The notes beneath the pieces were generated by a model. That model was not told the origin of the DNA. It ran no database searches and saw only the letters and a list, made by a program, of their open reading frames with translations. From the NCBI GenBank assembly GCA_964356315.1, contig CAYHHA010000007.1, forward strand, positions 1 through 61,367: a stretch of 61,367 nt of DNA, in the 5' to 3' direction. The position numbers and the translations under genes are program-made. This document shows positions 39,249 to 49,079 of this stretch, piece after piece (the first letter of the stretch is position 1; each line of letters starts with the position of its first letter). This DNA is from an uncultured Gammaproteobacteria bacterium (lineage in GTDB: Bacteria; Patescibacteriota; Microgenomatia; UBA10105; UBA927).

Positions 39249-40262
39249 ATGTTTCATTCAGCGCGACTCAAACTTACTGCATGGTATCTTCTCATTATAA
39301 TGAGTATAAGCTTTGCGTTTAGTGCTGTGCTATATACGTTTCTATCCCATGAAGTTGAACGATTCGCCAGAGCTCAAAGAAGTCGGATTGAACGACAAAG
39401 AACTTCTATTGAGACGCTTCGGGAAACAGAAAATACTGCATTTATCAGAGACCCCGATCTTGTAGCTGAAACAAAACATAGGGTTCTATTTACCCTTTTC
39501 TCAATAAACGGATTTATTTTTATCATCGCAGGGGGCCTCGGATACATCCTCGCAGGAAGGACGCTAAGACCGATTCAGAAAATGGTAGACGAGCAACACC
39601 GATTTATTCAGGACGCTTCACATGAACTGCGTACTCCTCTGACTTCTCTTAAAAGCTCTCTTGAGGTGAGCCTGAGAGATAAACACGCCACTACACAAGA
39701 ACTCAAGAAGGTCATAGAAGAAGGCATTGAAGACACGAACAGATTACAGTCTCTCACAGATGCACTTCTGCAACTGGCGCAATACGAAAGACCGGAAAAT
39801 CAGATCATGATGACACAAATAGATGTCAACGACATCATACAACATGCTAAAGCAACCGTTTTATCAATCGCAAAGAAAAAACAAATATCTATTACCTATG
39901 TGAAAAATTCATATACGCTTAAAGGAGATCGAGGTAGTGTAATTGAGATAGTTGAAATTCTGCTGGAAAATGCAATTAAATATAGTCCTAAAAATAGCAC
40001 TATCACGATCAAAGTTGAACACACAGACCGAACCATACAAATAAAAATATCCGACTCCGGCATCGGCATAGAAGCTCGAGATCTGCCTTTTATCTTTGAC
40101 AGATTTTATCGCGCTGATGCGGCTCGGACAAATAACGAAACATCTGGATACGGTTTGGGTTTATCTATTGCGAAACACCTAGTAACGAAGCACAATGGGA
40201 CAATAAGCGCATCAAGCATACTCGGACACGGAACAACATTTTTAGTTAAATTGCCCGCGTAA
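39249..40262 (+). CDS. Sensor histidine kinase
   Basis: SHELRTP, NAIKY, GYGLGL. Confidence 0.95.
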   Translation: MFHSARLKLTAWYLLIIMSISFAFSAVLYTFLSHEVERFARAQRSRIERQRTSIETLRETENTAFIRDPDLVAETKHRVLFTLFSINGFIFIIAGGLGYILAGRTLRPIQKMVDEQHRFIQDASHELRTPLTSLKSSLEVSLRDKHATTQELKKVIEEGIEDTNRLQSLTDALLQLAQYERPENQIMMTQIDVNDIIQHAKATVLSIAKKKQISITYVKNSYTLKGDRGSVIEIVEILLENAIKYSPKNSTITIKVEHTDRTIQIKISDSGIGIEARDLPFIFDRFYRADAARTNNETSGYGLGLSIAKHLVTKHNGTISASSILGHGTTFLVKLPA

Positions 40263-40263
40263 A

Positions 40264-40295
40264 TTCAGTCAGCTTTCAGATTTCAAATTTACTAT
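40264..40295 (+). promoter_or_regulatory. TTCAG-N6-TTCAG-N10-(-10) box 1
   Basis: ttcag-tcagct-ttcag-10 nt-tactat; ATG 6 nt later. Confidence 0.7.
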
Positions 40296-40301
40296 ATATC
40301 C

Positions 40302-41621
40302 ATGAACATCGCCAACACAGCAAAAGAGATGACTATCAAAGCTAAAGATCGCTTTATTTCATTTCCACCACTTATAAAATTGATTTTAGTGATAGTGATT
40401 GTTGGACTAGGCTGGTATGGGTATACCAAGATATCTTCTGCAACCTCCCAAAAAATTCAATACACTACAGAAACAGCACAAAAAGGCACACTTATTGTGA
40501 CAGTTTCTGCTTCAGGTCAGATATCCGCTGCAAATAGCGCTTCGGTAACAACTCAAACTTCCGGTGTTGTAAGTAAAATTTTTGTTACTAATGGTCAAAA
40601 AGTAAAAGCGGGAGACTCTATAGCTCAGGTGGATTTGGATCTTGATGGAAAGCAACGCTCTAATCAGGCATATGCAAATTACCTGGGAGCAAAGAATTCA
40701 CTTGATAGCGCGAACGCAAATTATTATTCTCTCCAATCGACATTGTTTACCCAATGGAATACATATATGTTGAAAGCTGAGAATTCCACTTTCACGAATC
40801 CTGACGGATCTCCAAATAAAGATCAACGAAACCTCCCTGGATTTGCAAGCACTCAAGATGACTGGTTTGCTGCTGAAGCAAAATTTAAAGTTCAACAAGG
40901 AACAATTTTACAAGCACAAACTGCCCTTAGTAGTGCATGGTCTACGTATCAACAATCATCACCAATCATTTATGCGCCAATACCGGGAACAGTGACAGGA
41001 TTGGCACTTCAAATAGGGTCGGTATTAAATTCTCAAACTAGCTCGACCGGAAATTCTACTTCACAGCGTATTGCCAATATTGTCACTGAAGCCAGTCCAC
41101 AGGTTACTGTACAACTTGCTCAAACAGATGCTCCGAAAGTAAAAATCGGAAACAAAGTCACGATCACGCTTGATGCATTTCCAGATAAAACATATACAGG
41201 AACAGTTATTAGCATCGATACTGTTGGGTCAATTTCATCTAACGTAACAGCCTATCCTGCGATTATAAAGCTCGATTCAGCTTCGAGCGATATTTATTCG
41301 AATATGACCGCAACAGCAAATATCATCACAGAGACTAAAGATGATATTGTCCTAATACCCTCTGCTGCTATACAAAGTCTAAATGGCGAAACGTCGGTAC
41401 GAGTTATGAAGAATGGATCAGTCTCATCAGTGTCAGTGGAAATTGGACTATCAAATGATACTGAAACGGAAATTATATCTGGAATAAATGAAGGAGATTC
41501 TATAGTAACTGCATCTACCAGCACATCAAAGACAACAAGCTCTACAACAACTGCGTCACCATTTAGTGCGATTGGTGGAAGAGGTGGCATGAGTGGCGCA
41601 ACGCGTGTTGTCGGACATTAA
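40302..41621 (+). CDS. MacA-like membrane fusion/adaptor protein
   Basis: Lipoyl-like halves (SGVV...GQKVKAGD; APIPGTV), beta-barrel, GLSND...EI.SG. Confidence 0.88.
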   Translation: MNIANTAKEMTIKAKDRFISFPPLIKLILVIVIVGLGWYGYTKISSATSQKIQYTTETAQKGTLIVTVSASGQISAANSASVTTQTSGVVSKIFVTNGQKVKAGDSIAQVDLDLDGKQRSNQAYANYLGAKNSLDSANANYYSLQSTLFTQWNTYMLKAENSTFTNPDGSPNKDQRNLPGFASTQDDWFAAEAKFKVQQGTILQAQTALSSAWSTYQQSSPIIYAPIPGTVTGLALQIGSVLNSQTSSTGNSTSQRIANIVTEASPQVTVQLAQTDAPKVKIGNKVTITLDAFPDKTYTGTVISIDTVGSISSNVTAYPAIIKLDSASSDIYSNMTATANIITETKDDIVLIPSAAIQSLNGETSVRVMKNGSVSSVSVEIGLSNDTETEIISGINEGDSIVTASTSTSKTTSSTTTASPFSAIGGRGGMSGATRVVGH

Positions 41622-41626
41622 ATTAC

Positions 41627-42328
41627 ATGAAACCACATGCAATTATCGAAACACACCATCTCTATAAAATATACAACATGGATGGGTTGGAAACCGTTGC
41701 TCTTTCTGACATCTCTTTCAAAATAGATCAGGGTGAATTTGTAGCAATTATGGGACCATCGGGAAGTGGTAAATCAACCCTTATGCATATCCTCGGAGGC
41801 TTAGATCAACCAACAAGTGGCCAATATATATTAGATGGAGAAAGTGTTGAAAAGCTATCTGATGATGAGCTTGCGGATATTCGGAATAAAAAAATAGGAT
41901 TTGTTTTTCAGGCGTTTAATCTTCTTCCTCGAACAACCACCTTAAAAAACGTTATGTTGCCGATGATGTATGCAGGAATTCCGAAGTCAGAAAGACTCAA
42001 GAAAGCGACAGAACTTCTGATTATGGTAGGACTTGGGGACAGGCTTGAGCACACAACAAATCAAATCTCTGGTGGACAACAACAGCGCGTTGCAATTGCG
42101 AGAGCTCTCTCTTTGAACCCAGCTATGATTCTCGCAGATGAACCAACGGGAAATATTGCTTCTGCCCAGGCTGAAGAAATTATGGCGATTTTTCAAAAAC
42201 TTAATAATGAAGGTCATACTATTGTCATGATTACTCATGAACCAGATATCGCCCATCATGCCAAGCGCATCATACACATAAAAGACGGAAAACTCATCGA
42301 GGATACTTCAAACGGAAAGAAAAAATAA
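41627..42328 (+). CDS. ABC transporter ATP-binding protein (LolD/MacB type)
   Basis: GPSGSGKS, SGGQQQR, ADEPTG. Confidence 0.95.
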   Translation: MKPHAIIETHHLYKIYNMDGLETVALSDISFKIDQGEFVAIMGPSGSGKSTLMHILGGLDQPTSGQYILDGESVEKLSDDELADIRNKKIGFVFQAFNLLPRTTTLKNVMLPMMYAGIPKSERLKKATELLIMVGLGDRLEHTTNQISGGQQQRVAIARALSLNPAMILADEPTGNIASAQAEEIMAIFQKLNNEGHTIVMITHEPDIAHHAKRIIHIKDGKLIEDTSNGKKK

Positions 42329-42334
42329 AACACT

Positions 42335-43558
42335 ATGGATTATCAAGAACTAATCATCGAGGGGTTTCAAACCCTCACAAATAATAAAATGCGGACAGGA
42401 CTTGCGATATTAGGCATTGTCATTGGCATTGGAAGCGTCATAGCGCTTGTTTCTTTGGGTCAAGCCACTCAACAATCAATTCAAACACAGATCCAATCGT
42501 TAGGATCAAATCTATTGACCGTAAATCCGAGCGGGCAACAAAATGGAGCTGTACGTGGAGCTGCTGGGGGGAGCACGTCTTTGACTCTTGAAGATGCAAG
42601 AGCGATCGAAACATCTCCACAGATTACTACCGTTAAATATGTATCTCCTGAATACCAACGAAGAGCACAGGTTACCACGGGAAAAAATAATACAAATACT
42701 CAAATTATTGGAGCGGTTCCCGTCTATGCAAATGTACATAAAGTCACTATCGCATCCGGAAATTTTATAACAGAGCGTGATGTGGATAGCATGTCGAAAG
42801 TTGTAATTATCGGACCTCAAGTTGTTATAGATTTATTTGGAGAAGGATCAAATCCAATAGGACAAACGATAAAAATTGCAGGACAGACATTTAGAGTTGT
42901 AGGAGTCACAGAATCTAAAGGTGGATCTGGATTTATGAATCAGGATGATATGATTTTTGTCCCTCTCACTACAGCACAAAAACAATTATTTGGTGCTTCA
43001 AATGTCTCTTCTATCGCTCTTGAGGCGAAATCCTCCGATGTAATGACACAGGCCCAAAATGAAGTTGGATATCTCCTTCTGGCCCGCCATAAATTTAATA
43101 CCCCTAGTCAAGCTGACTTTGCGATATTCTCCCAAGCGGATATTATGAACGCTGCGTCGTCTACTACGGGAACTTTTACGGCGCTCCTGTCTGGAATCGC
43201 GGCAATTTCTCTTCTCGTAGGGGGCATCGGTATTATGAATATAATGTTGGTAACTGTAACAGAGAGAACCCGAGAAATAGGCCTTCGCAAAGCACTTGGA
43301 GCAAAAAAGAAAACGATCATCACCCAATTTTTGATTGAAGCAATCATGCTTACATTCACGGGTGGAATAATTGGAATCTTTTTAGGAATAGCCATTTCTT
43401 ATGTCGTTACGAAACTTATGAATGCTCCTTTTGTAATCTCCCCAAGCTCAGTATTGTTAGCCTTTGCAGTATCCGCAGGAATCGGCGTTCTGTTTGGCTG
43501 GTACCCTGCAAGAAAAGCATCTAATCTGCAACCAATTGAAGCCTTGAGATATGAGTAG
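42335..43558 (+). CDS. MacB-like ABC permease
   Basis: GIMNIMLVTVTERTREIG, PIEALRYE. Confidence 0.95.
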   Translation: MDYQELIIEGFQTLTNNKMRTGLAILGIVIGIGSVIALVSLGQATQQSIQTQIQSLGSNLLTVNPSGQQNGAVRGAAGGSTSLTLEDARAIETSPQITTVKYVSPEYQRRAQVTTGKNNTNTQIIGAVPVYANVHKVTIASGNFITERDVDSMSKVVIIGPQVVIDLFGEGSNPIGQTIKIAGQTFRVVGVTESKGGSGFMNQDDMIFVPLTTAQKQLFGASNVSSIALEAKSSDVMTQAQNEVGYLLLARHKFNTPSQADFAIFSQADIMNAASSTTGTFTALLSGIAAISLLVGGIGIMNIMLVTVTERTREIGLRKALGAKKKTIITQFLIEAIMLTFTGGIIGIFLGIAISYVVTKLMNAPFVISPSSVLLAFAVSAGIGVLFGWYPARKASNLQPIEALRYE

Positions 43559-43581
43559 TGGTGATAATTAATTATTACTAC

Positions 43582-43613
43582 TTCAGCAAGGATTCAGATA
43601 CGCAGAGTATAGT
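43582..43613 (+). promoter_or_regulatory. TTCAG-N6-TTCAG-N10-(-10) box 2
   Basis: ttcag-caagga-ttcag-10 nt-tatagt. Confidence 0.7.
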
Positions 43614-43640
43614 GGAAACATATAAACATTAGGAGGATCT

Positions 43641-44117
43641 ATGAAACAACAATCAAATCAGATATCAACAGTAGCAATCGCCATCATCATTGTGGTGGGA
43701 GTATTGGGATTTTTAGGGGGAATGAAGTATCAATCCATTAAACAACCTACACCAAATAGACAATTTACAGGAGCAAGAGATGGCAGTGGAATGCAAAATG
43801 GAGGGATGAGAAATGGCGCAGGGGGAAGAGGTGGGATGAATAGACCAGTCACAGGAGAAGTTATTTCATCTGACGAAAAGTCCATAACGGTAAAACTTCC
43901 TGATGGAAGTTCAAAAATTGTATTGGTGACAACGACAACTGCGATAAATAAAGCAACGCAGGCCACAAAAACAGATATTATAACTGGATCAAAAGTTGCA
44001 GTATTTGGCCAAACAAATTCGGATGGAAGTGTCACAGCTCAAAATATTCAATTGAATCCAATAACAAACATGAGAGGTGAGACTGGAGCGAAAGATCCAA
44101 AAAATAGCACCCAGTAA
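43641..44117 (+). CDS. Membrane-anchored OB-fold-like protein (DUF5666-like)
   Basis: TM, Gly-rich linker, GEVIS.D...ITVKL.DG...DGSVTA..IQ. Confidence 0.75.
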   Translation: MKQQSNQISTVAIAIIIVVGVLGFLGGMKYQSIKQPTPNRQFTGARDGSGMQNGGMRNGAGGRGGMNRPVTGEVISSDEKSITVKLPDGSSKIVLVTTTTAINKATQATKTDIITGSKVAVFGQTNSDGSVTAQNIQLNPITNMRGETGAKDPKNSTQ

Positions 44118-44206
44118 AAATTATATTTGGTTAAAAAAATACTAACACGGAATTTTGCTACCACTCTTCTTTTGTATTCGAATGGTCATGATACAATCTA
44201 TCAACA

Positions 44207-45661
44207 ATGAGAAAGATAATTCCAACGTTCATCATTCGACATTGGGAAATAATTATTTTATTCCTGCTGATTTTCGGATACATTGGAACATTTTGCACAC
44301 TCTCACTTCAGCGACACAATGCATTTGCATCAAGATATGATTTATCTAACATGGACCAAACCATATGGTATACGCTCCACAATCACTTCTTCCAATTTCG
44401 ACATCCAGATAATTTCGTATCGCGCTTCTCTATACATGCAGATTTAATACTCGTCTTGCTTTCACCTGTTTACTTACTCTGGAATGATGTTCGCGCAATT
44501 CTGGTCATTCAGACAGTGATGCTCGCTATTGGAGCAATACCGGTTTATTTTATTTCGATGCGCTTGTTAAAAAATAAAATTATTTCATTAACAATTGTGA
44601 TCTCATATCTCCTCAATCCTACCATGCAGTGGACGAATATATATGATTTTCATGGAGTATCTTTTGCTATTCCGTTTATTCTTTCAGCTTTTTACTTCGC
44701 GCTGATAAAACGATGGGGATGGTATAGTATTTTTGTCTTTCTCGCTCTTATCACAAAAGAAGAAATATCTCTCAATATTGCCATGATGGGTATCGCAATT
44801 ATATTCTACATGAAAAACTGGAAGATGGGATTTGTGACAGTGCTTATAGGATTTGGGTGGTTCTTTACGATGGTTTTTGGAGTGATGCCGTACTTTACGC
44901 CGGGTGGAGTACATTGGGCATTAGAAAAAATGGGAACTGAAAACTCTAACCAACTCCCACAATACATATTACAACTCCTCAAAGCGAAACAACTTGTGCA
45001 GACATTTATATTTAATCCAACAACTATTGAATATTATCAACTATTATTAAAACCATTTGCTTATTTACCTATTTTAGGAATTCCATGGATATTTCTTTCT
45101 GCTCCGGAAATCGCCATAAATATCATTAGAAAAACCGATATGATAACATTCCATTATGGAAGTGGAATAACACCAGCGCTTGTAATCGCAACTATTTTTG
45201 GGATTTATGCTATCAGTTACACCCTGCGAAGAATAACCTTCCTTAGACAATATTACCTTCCGATACTTTACAGCATCACTGCAATACTTTTGTTTATCGC
45301 AATCAGAGTAAACTATCATTACAGCCCCCTACCGACAACACCCTCTTGTTCTTGCTATATCTACAATGTCACTCAGGAAGATAAAGACTTTGAAAAAATC
45401 CTTCAAAATATACCGAAAGATGCTTCTATCACATCATCTATAGAAATCAGACCACATGTGAGCCACAGAGAGTTTGCATTTACCGTTCCAAGCGCAACAC
45501 AGTCAGCCACATATATAGCACTTATTACTGAAAATAGGATTATCAGCAATTATAATCCGAAAGACTATGAGCTGACATTGATATCACAATTACTTAAAGA
45601 TACAGATCATCATTCCCTCGTATATAAGAGTGAACATTTTTATTTATTCCAAAAAATATAG
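44207..45661 (+). CDS. DUF2079 membrane protein (GT-C-like)
   Basis: DLSNMDQ, H.D.IL, DFH, KEE. Confidence 0.85.
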   Translation: MRKIIPTFIIRHWEIIILFLLIFGYIGTFCTLSLQRHNAFASRYDLSNMDQTIWYTLHNHFFQFRHPDNFVSRFSIHADLILVLLSPVYLLWNDVRAILVIQTVMLAIGAIPVYFISMRLLKNKIISLTIVISYLLNPTMQWTNIYDFHGVSFAIPFILSAFYFALIKRWGWYSIFVFLALITKEEISLNIAMMGIAIIFYMKNWKMGFVTVLIGFGWFFTMVFGVMPYFTPGGVHWALEKMGTENSNQLPQYILQLLKAKQLVQTFIFNPTTIEYYQLLLKPFAYLPILGIPWIFLSAPEIAINIIRKTDMITFHYGSGITPALVIATIFGIYAISYTLRRITFLRQYYLPILYSITAILLFIAIRVNYHYSPLPTTPSCSCYIYNVTQEDKDFEKILQNIPKDASITSSIEIRPHVSHREFAFTVPSATQSATYIALITENRIISNYNPKDYELTLISQLLKDTDHHSLVYKSEHFYLFQKI

Positions 45662-45670
45662 AATCTGAAT

Positions 45671-46264
45671 TTATGATTTCTTTGCCAGTATGATTGTCCA
45701 TGCAAATGGTGTAGACACATGAATAATTTTGCAATTCATTCCTACTAGGAGTGAAGCCACACCACTACTTGACCAATGATTGATATGTTCAGGATGATTT
45801 CCTAAAGAATGAATATATTTCCCTCGTAGAAAATTTGCTATTTGAAAAAACGGTTCGTTTGGTACTGATATAAGAACATATCGCTTAGATACTCTGATAA
45901 GTTCACAAAGCGCCTTTTGAGGATCCTCCAAGTGTTCCAATACCTCTAAGCATGTTACCAGATCGAATGTATTTTTTGCATATGGAATATCATAAACTGA
46001 ACCCTTTGATATTCGAAGATCTGGATTAATCTTCCTTGCTATACGCAGCGCGACAGTTGATGTATCGATCCCGTTGACCTCAGCGCAAATTCCAGATTCC
46101 GAAATCAACTTCATAATAAATCCTTCTCCACATCCCGCATCGAGCAATGAATGAGGTTGCACTGAATTAATGTCATCAAGAATTTGACTATTAAAATTTC
46201 TGATTAGATAATTCTGTATTCTATTTGAGCTGGTATGTTTCTGAAAATTTGTAGTAGTTTCCAT
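45671..46264 (-). CDS. Class I SAM methyltransferase
   Basis: LDAGCGEG, EVLEHL, HPEHINHW. Confidence 0.9.
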   Translation of the reverse strand: METTTNFQKHTSSNRIQNYLIRNFNSQILDDINSVQPHSLLDAGCGEGFIMKLISESGICAEVNGIDTSTVALRIARKINPDLRISKGSVYDIPYAKNTFDLVTCLEVLEHLEDPQKALCELIRVSKRYVLISVPNEPFFQIANFLRGKYIHSLGNHPEHINHWSSSGVASLLVGMNCKIIHVSTPFAWTIILAKKS

Positions 46265-46541
46265 AGTGCAACTTTACAGTCGTATAACTAAAATTCTTTA
46301 ATCCTTAAAATATTTTACGAAGCGTTCACTTATTGATATAACATCGAAAGAATTGACATTCCATATACATAGACCAAATCTTCTATTCGCTACATCATAA
46401 TTAATATGCACCATGTTTTAATCCACTAAAAAGCTCAATGGGAAAACATTATTTCCTTACCTCGATAAATTCATTGATGCAGGAGCTATAAGAAAATTTC
46501 CGAGCAAGAATTACAAATATGACACGTACTCTATTTCATAA

Positions 46542-47483
46542 TTATGAAATAATTTTTTCTGCAGGATACTCATCATTTTTTCCATGCAAATTTACCAATA
46601 ATTCAGCGAGTAACCCTGTCGAAAATAATTGAACTGCACACAATACCATCATTACTCCAAATAATAACAGAGGGCGCCTGCCAATCGATATTCCTAAAAA
46701 ATGCAAAATTGTCAAGTAAATCAATGGTAGCATCCCACCAAGTCCAACTATCACACTTGCCAACCCAAACATATGCATCGGACGGCTTTTAAATGAGGTT
46801 ATAAATAATGTCGTAACTAAATCAAACGCAGCTCGAACTATCCTCTCGCTACCAAACTTAGAGGATCCAAATTTTCGCCCATGGTGGGAAACGACTACCT
46901 CGCCCACCCTAAAACCACGAGATGCAGCGAGAACGGGGATATATCTATGCAATTCTCCATACAAATCCATCTCTTTGGCCACTTCCTTTTTCATAACTTT
47001 CAGTCCACAGTTCATATCATGAAGGGAAACATGAAAAAAATTTGAAACTACAGCATTAAAAATATGTGACAAACGGATCTTTCCTTTTATATCACTTCGA
47101 TTTTTTCTCCAACCGACAACAAAATCTAATTCGTTTTTTTTGATTTTTTCGATCGCACTTTCTAATTCATTTGGATCATCCTGTAAATCCGCATCTATCG
47201 TTATGATAATGGAGCCAGATGCATGTAAAAAACCAGCACTGAGTGCCGCTGATTTACCAAGATTTTTTCGGAATTTAATTATCACCATTCGGGAAGATAT
47301 TTGTTTCTTTATTTGACACAACGCTTCAAATGAGCCATCTGTACTCCCATCATCTATACACACATACTCGACGGGTTCCCCTCTTTTTGAAAAGAATTTT
47401 TCACTTATCAAAAAGAGCTCTTGTAAACTTTCTTTTTCGTTAAATATCGGGATAATGACGCTTACAGATGCAGTTTTTTTCAT
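46542..47483 (-). CDS. GT2 polyprenol-phosphate glycosyltransferase (ArnC-like)
   Basis: DDGSTD, DADLQDDP, two C-terminal TMs. Confidence 0.92.
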   Translation of the reverse strand: MKKTASVSVIIPIFNEKESLQELFLISEKFFSKRGEPVEYVCIDDGSTDGSFEALCQIKKQISSRMVIIKFRKNLGKSAALSAGFLHASGSIIITIDADLQDDPNELESAIEKIKKNELDFVVGWRKNRSDIKGKIRLSHIFNAVVSNFFHVSLHDMNCGLKVMKKEVAKEMDLYGELHRYIPVLAASRGFRVGEVVVSHHGRKFGSSKFGSERIVRAAFDLVTTLFITSFKSRPMHMFGLASVIVGLGGMLPLIYLTILHFLGISIGRRPLLLFGVMMVLCAVQLFSTGLLAELLVNLHGKNDEYPAEKIIS

Positions 47484-48916
47484 AATGATATTTTCTTGAA
47501 AGCGAAAAAATTACCTTCCTGAGCAATAAGCCAATACGCATGATTTTGAAGCATATCTACTACCACTTTACGTTGCTCTTCTCCACTCGGCCACGCATAC
47601 GTGTCGCCTAAATATACCACAGTATAGTCAGCTTTGTCTGCATTTATTGGGAAATTATAGATATATTTTCTTTGAGAAAAATGTGCACCAATATTATTGG
47701 TAACAGACACCGAATATTTACCGTCGATTGAATCGGCTATACTCTGCATGGCTTGCCGTTCTGGCACTGAGGTAATAAAATGCCAAAACCATTGTGATTT
47801 CCCTACAGGAAATTCTCCCCAAAAATAGATTGAGCTAACGAGACATGCGCATATATAGATAGTCGGAATGATGTTGGATATTTTACCCCTCAAATGCTTT
47901 TGTAAAGTAGAAAATCCGAAGATTCCAGAGATCATCACAAAAGGAAATATCGTACTGGCGTACTGATAATCTATTGATCTCATATGTGCATTACTGCTCA
48001 TTGAGTTTATTACTAAACCTTCTAGAGAGAATATCAACGGAAAGGGAAATAATAAAGATAAAAAACCCAAGGGAAATAATAATTGATAGTAATAATATAA
48101 ACGATCACCACGAAGAAACGTTGAAAACAAACTCATTGGCTGGGTAAGCATATTCGATATGATTTCATTCAAACTGCTCCCATACTGCGAAAGATATGAT
48201 AACGCGAAATGCTGTTTTGCTGGCGTAACTGCTGGTATAGCTATCCAAAAAAGCATGTAAAATACTACACTACTAATAGTAGCTGTGGATAATCCAATCG
48301 CAAATGATTTTTTCCAGAATGCGATATACATACCCATCATCGCAATGATCAGCCACACCTGCTCTTTTCCAAGAGCTGCAAGAATTGCAAAAATCATAAA
48401 GTACACATACCTCTTTTTTTCTATATACCAATACGCAAACAAAAGAAATGTCGAGGTCAGGGCAACCGCGTGAAAATCATGCAACATCATTCGACCCATA
48501 GGGGGATACCAAAGATAAATATTTGCAAAAAGTATTCCAAGTCTTTTTGAACCAAGTGAGTCGTGCGCAATCCAATACACAGGCAGAGCACCAAGCCCTG
48601 CAACAATCACTTGAACAAGAAGCAACATTTTAGGATCAGACCATACCAGATATAAGGGAGCGAGCAAAACGAGCAAGAAATCTGCATGCACGGCAAGGCG
48701 CGATTGCTGTCCAGTTCCCATTGGATCCGTTAAAGAAAATCCATTGCCATTTACTACATTCCAGACTGTTTGATCCATATTCCCTAGATCAAGACGACGC
48801 GAACGGAAATTATCGTGCCTCAGAAACGACACGATCGAAAAAAAGAAAATAAACGCGGCAATACTCAACACCAATATGATCTCTGGCTCGATGAGATGTT
48901 TTAAAAGTTTTTGCAT
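47480..48916 (-). CDS. DUF2079 membrane protein, paralogue of 44207..45661
   Basis: DLGNMDQ, HADF, DFH, KEQ. Confidence 0.85.
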   Translation of the reverse strand: MQKLLKHLIEPEIILVLSIAAFIFFFSIVSFLRHDNFRSRRLDLGNMDQTVWNVVNGNGFSLTDPMGTGQQSRLAVHADFLLVLLAPLYLVWSDPKMLLLVQVIVAGLGALPVYWIAHDSLGSKRLGILFANIYLWYPPMGRMMLHDFHAVALTSTFLLFAYWYIEKKRYVYFMIFAILAALGKEQVWLIIAMMGMYIAFWKKSFAIGLSTATISSVVFYMLFWIAIPAVTPAKQHFALSYLSQYGSSLNEIISNMLTQPMSLFSTFLRGDRLYYYYQLLFPLGFLSLLFPFPLIFSLEGLVINSMSSNAHMRSIDYQYASTIFPFVMISGIFGFSTLQKHLRGKISNIIPTIYICACLVSSIYFWGEFPVGKSQWFWHFITSVPERQAMQSIADSIDGKYSVSVTNNIGAHFSQRKYIYNFPINADKADYTVVYLGDTYAWPSGEEQRKVVVDMLQNHAYWLIAQEGNFFAFKKISL

Positions 48917-48946
48917 GTGATACATTATACCAATAGTGTACTAGGG

Positions 48947-48978
48947 ATGGTATCAAAAATTACTGAATGTACACTGAA
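48947..48978 (-). promoter_or_regulatory. TTCAG-N6-TTCAG-N10-(-10) box 3
   Basis: Minus strand: ttcag-tgtaca-ttcag-10 nt-taccat. Confidence 0.65.
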
Positions 48979-49000
48979 ATATAGGTATATTGTCAATATA

Positions 49001-49032
49001 CTCAGGTATTTTTCAGATTTAGATCAGATAAT
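49001..49032 (+). promoter_or_regulatory. Degenerate TTCAG box 4
   Basis: ctcag-gtattt-ttcag-10 nt-gataat. Confidence 0.5.
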
Positions 49033-49079
49033 TATCGAATTGAGAAGATAGCCACACATTGATATACTCTAAGAACTGT

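Noticed and set aside
46265-46541. Gene between the GT2 and the methyltransferase
   Set aside because: No long open frame; possibly a decayed remnant, but I cannot assign it.
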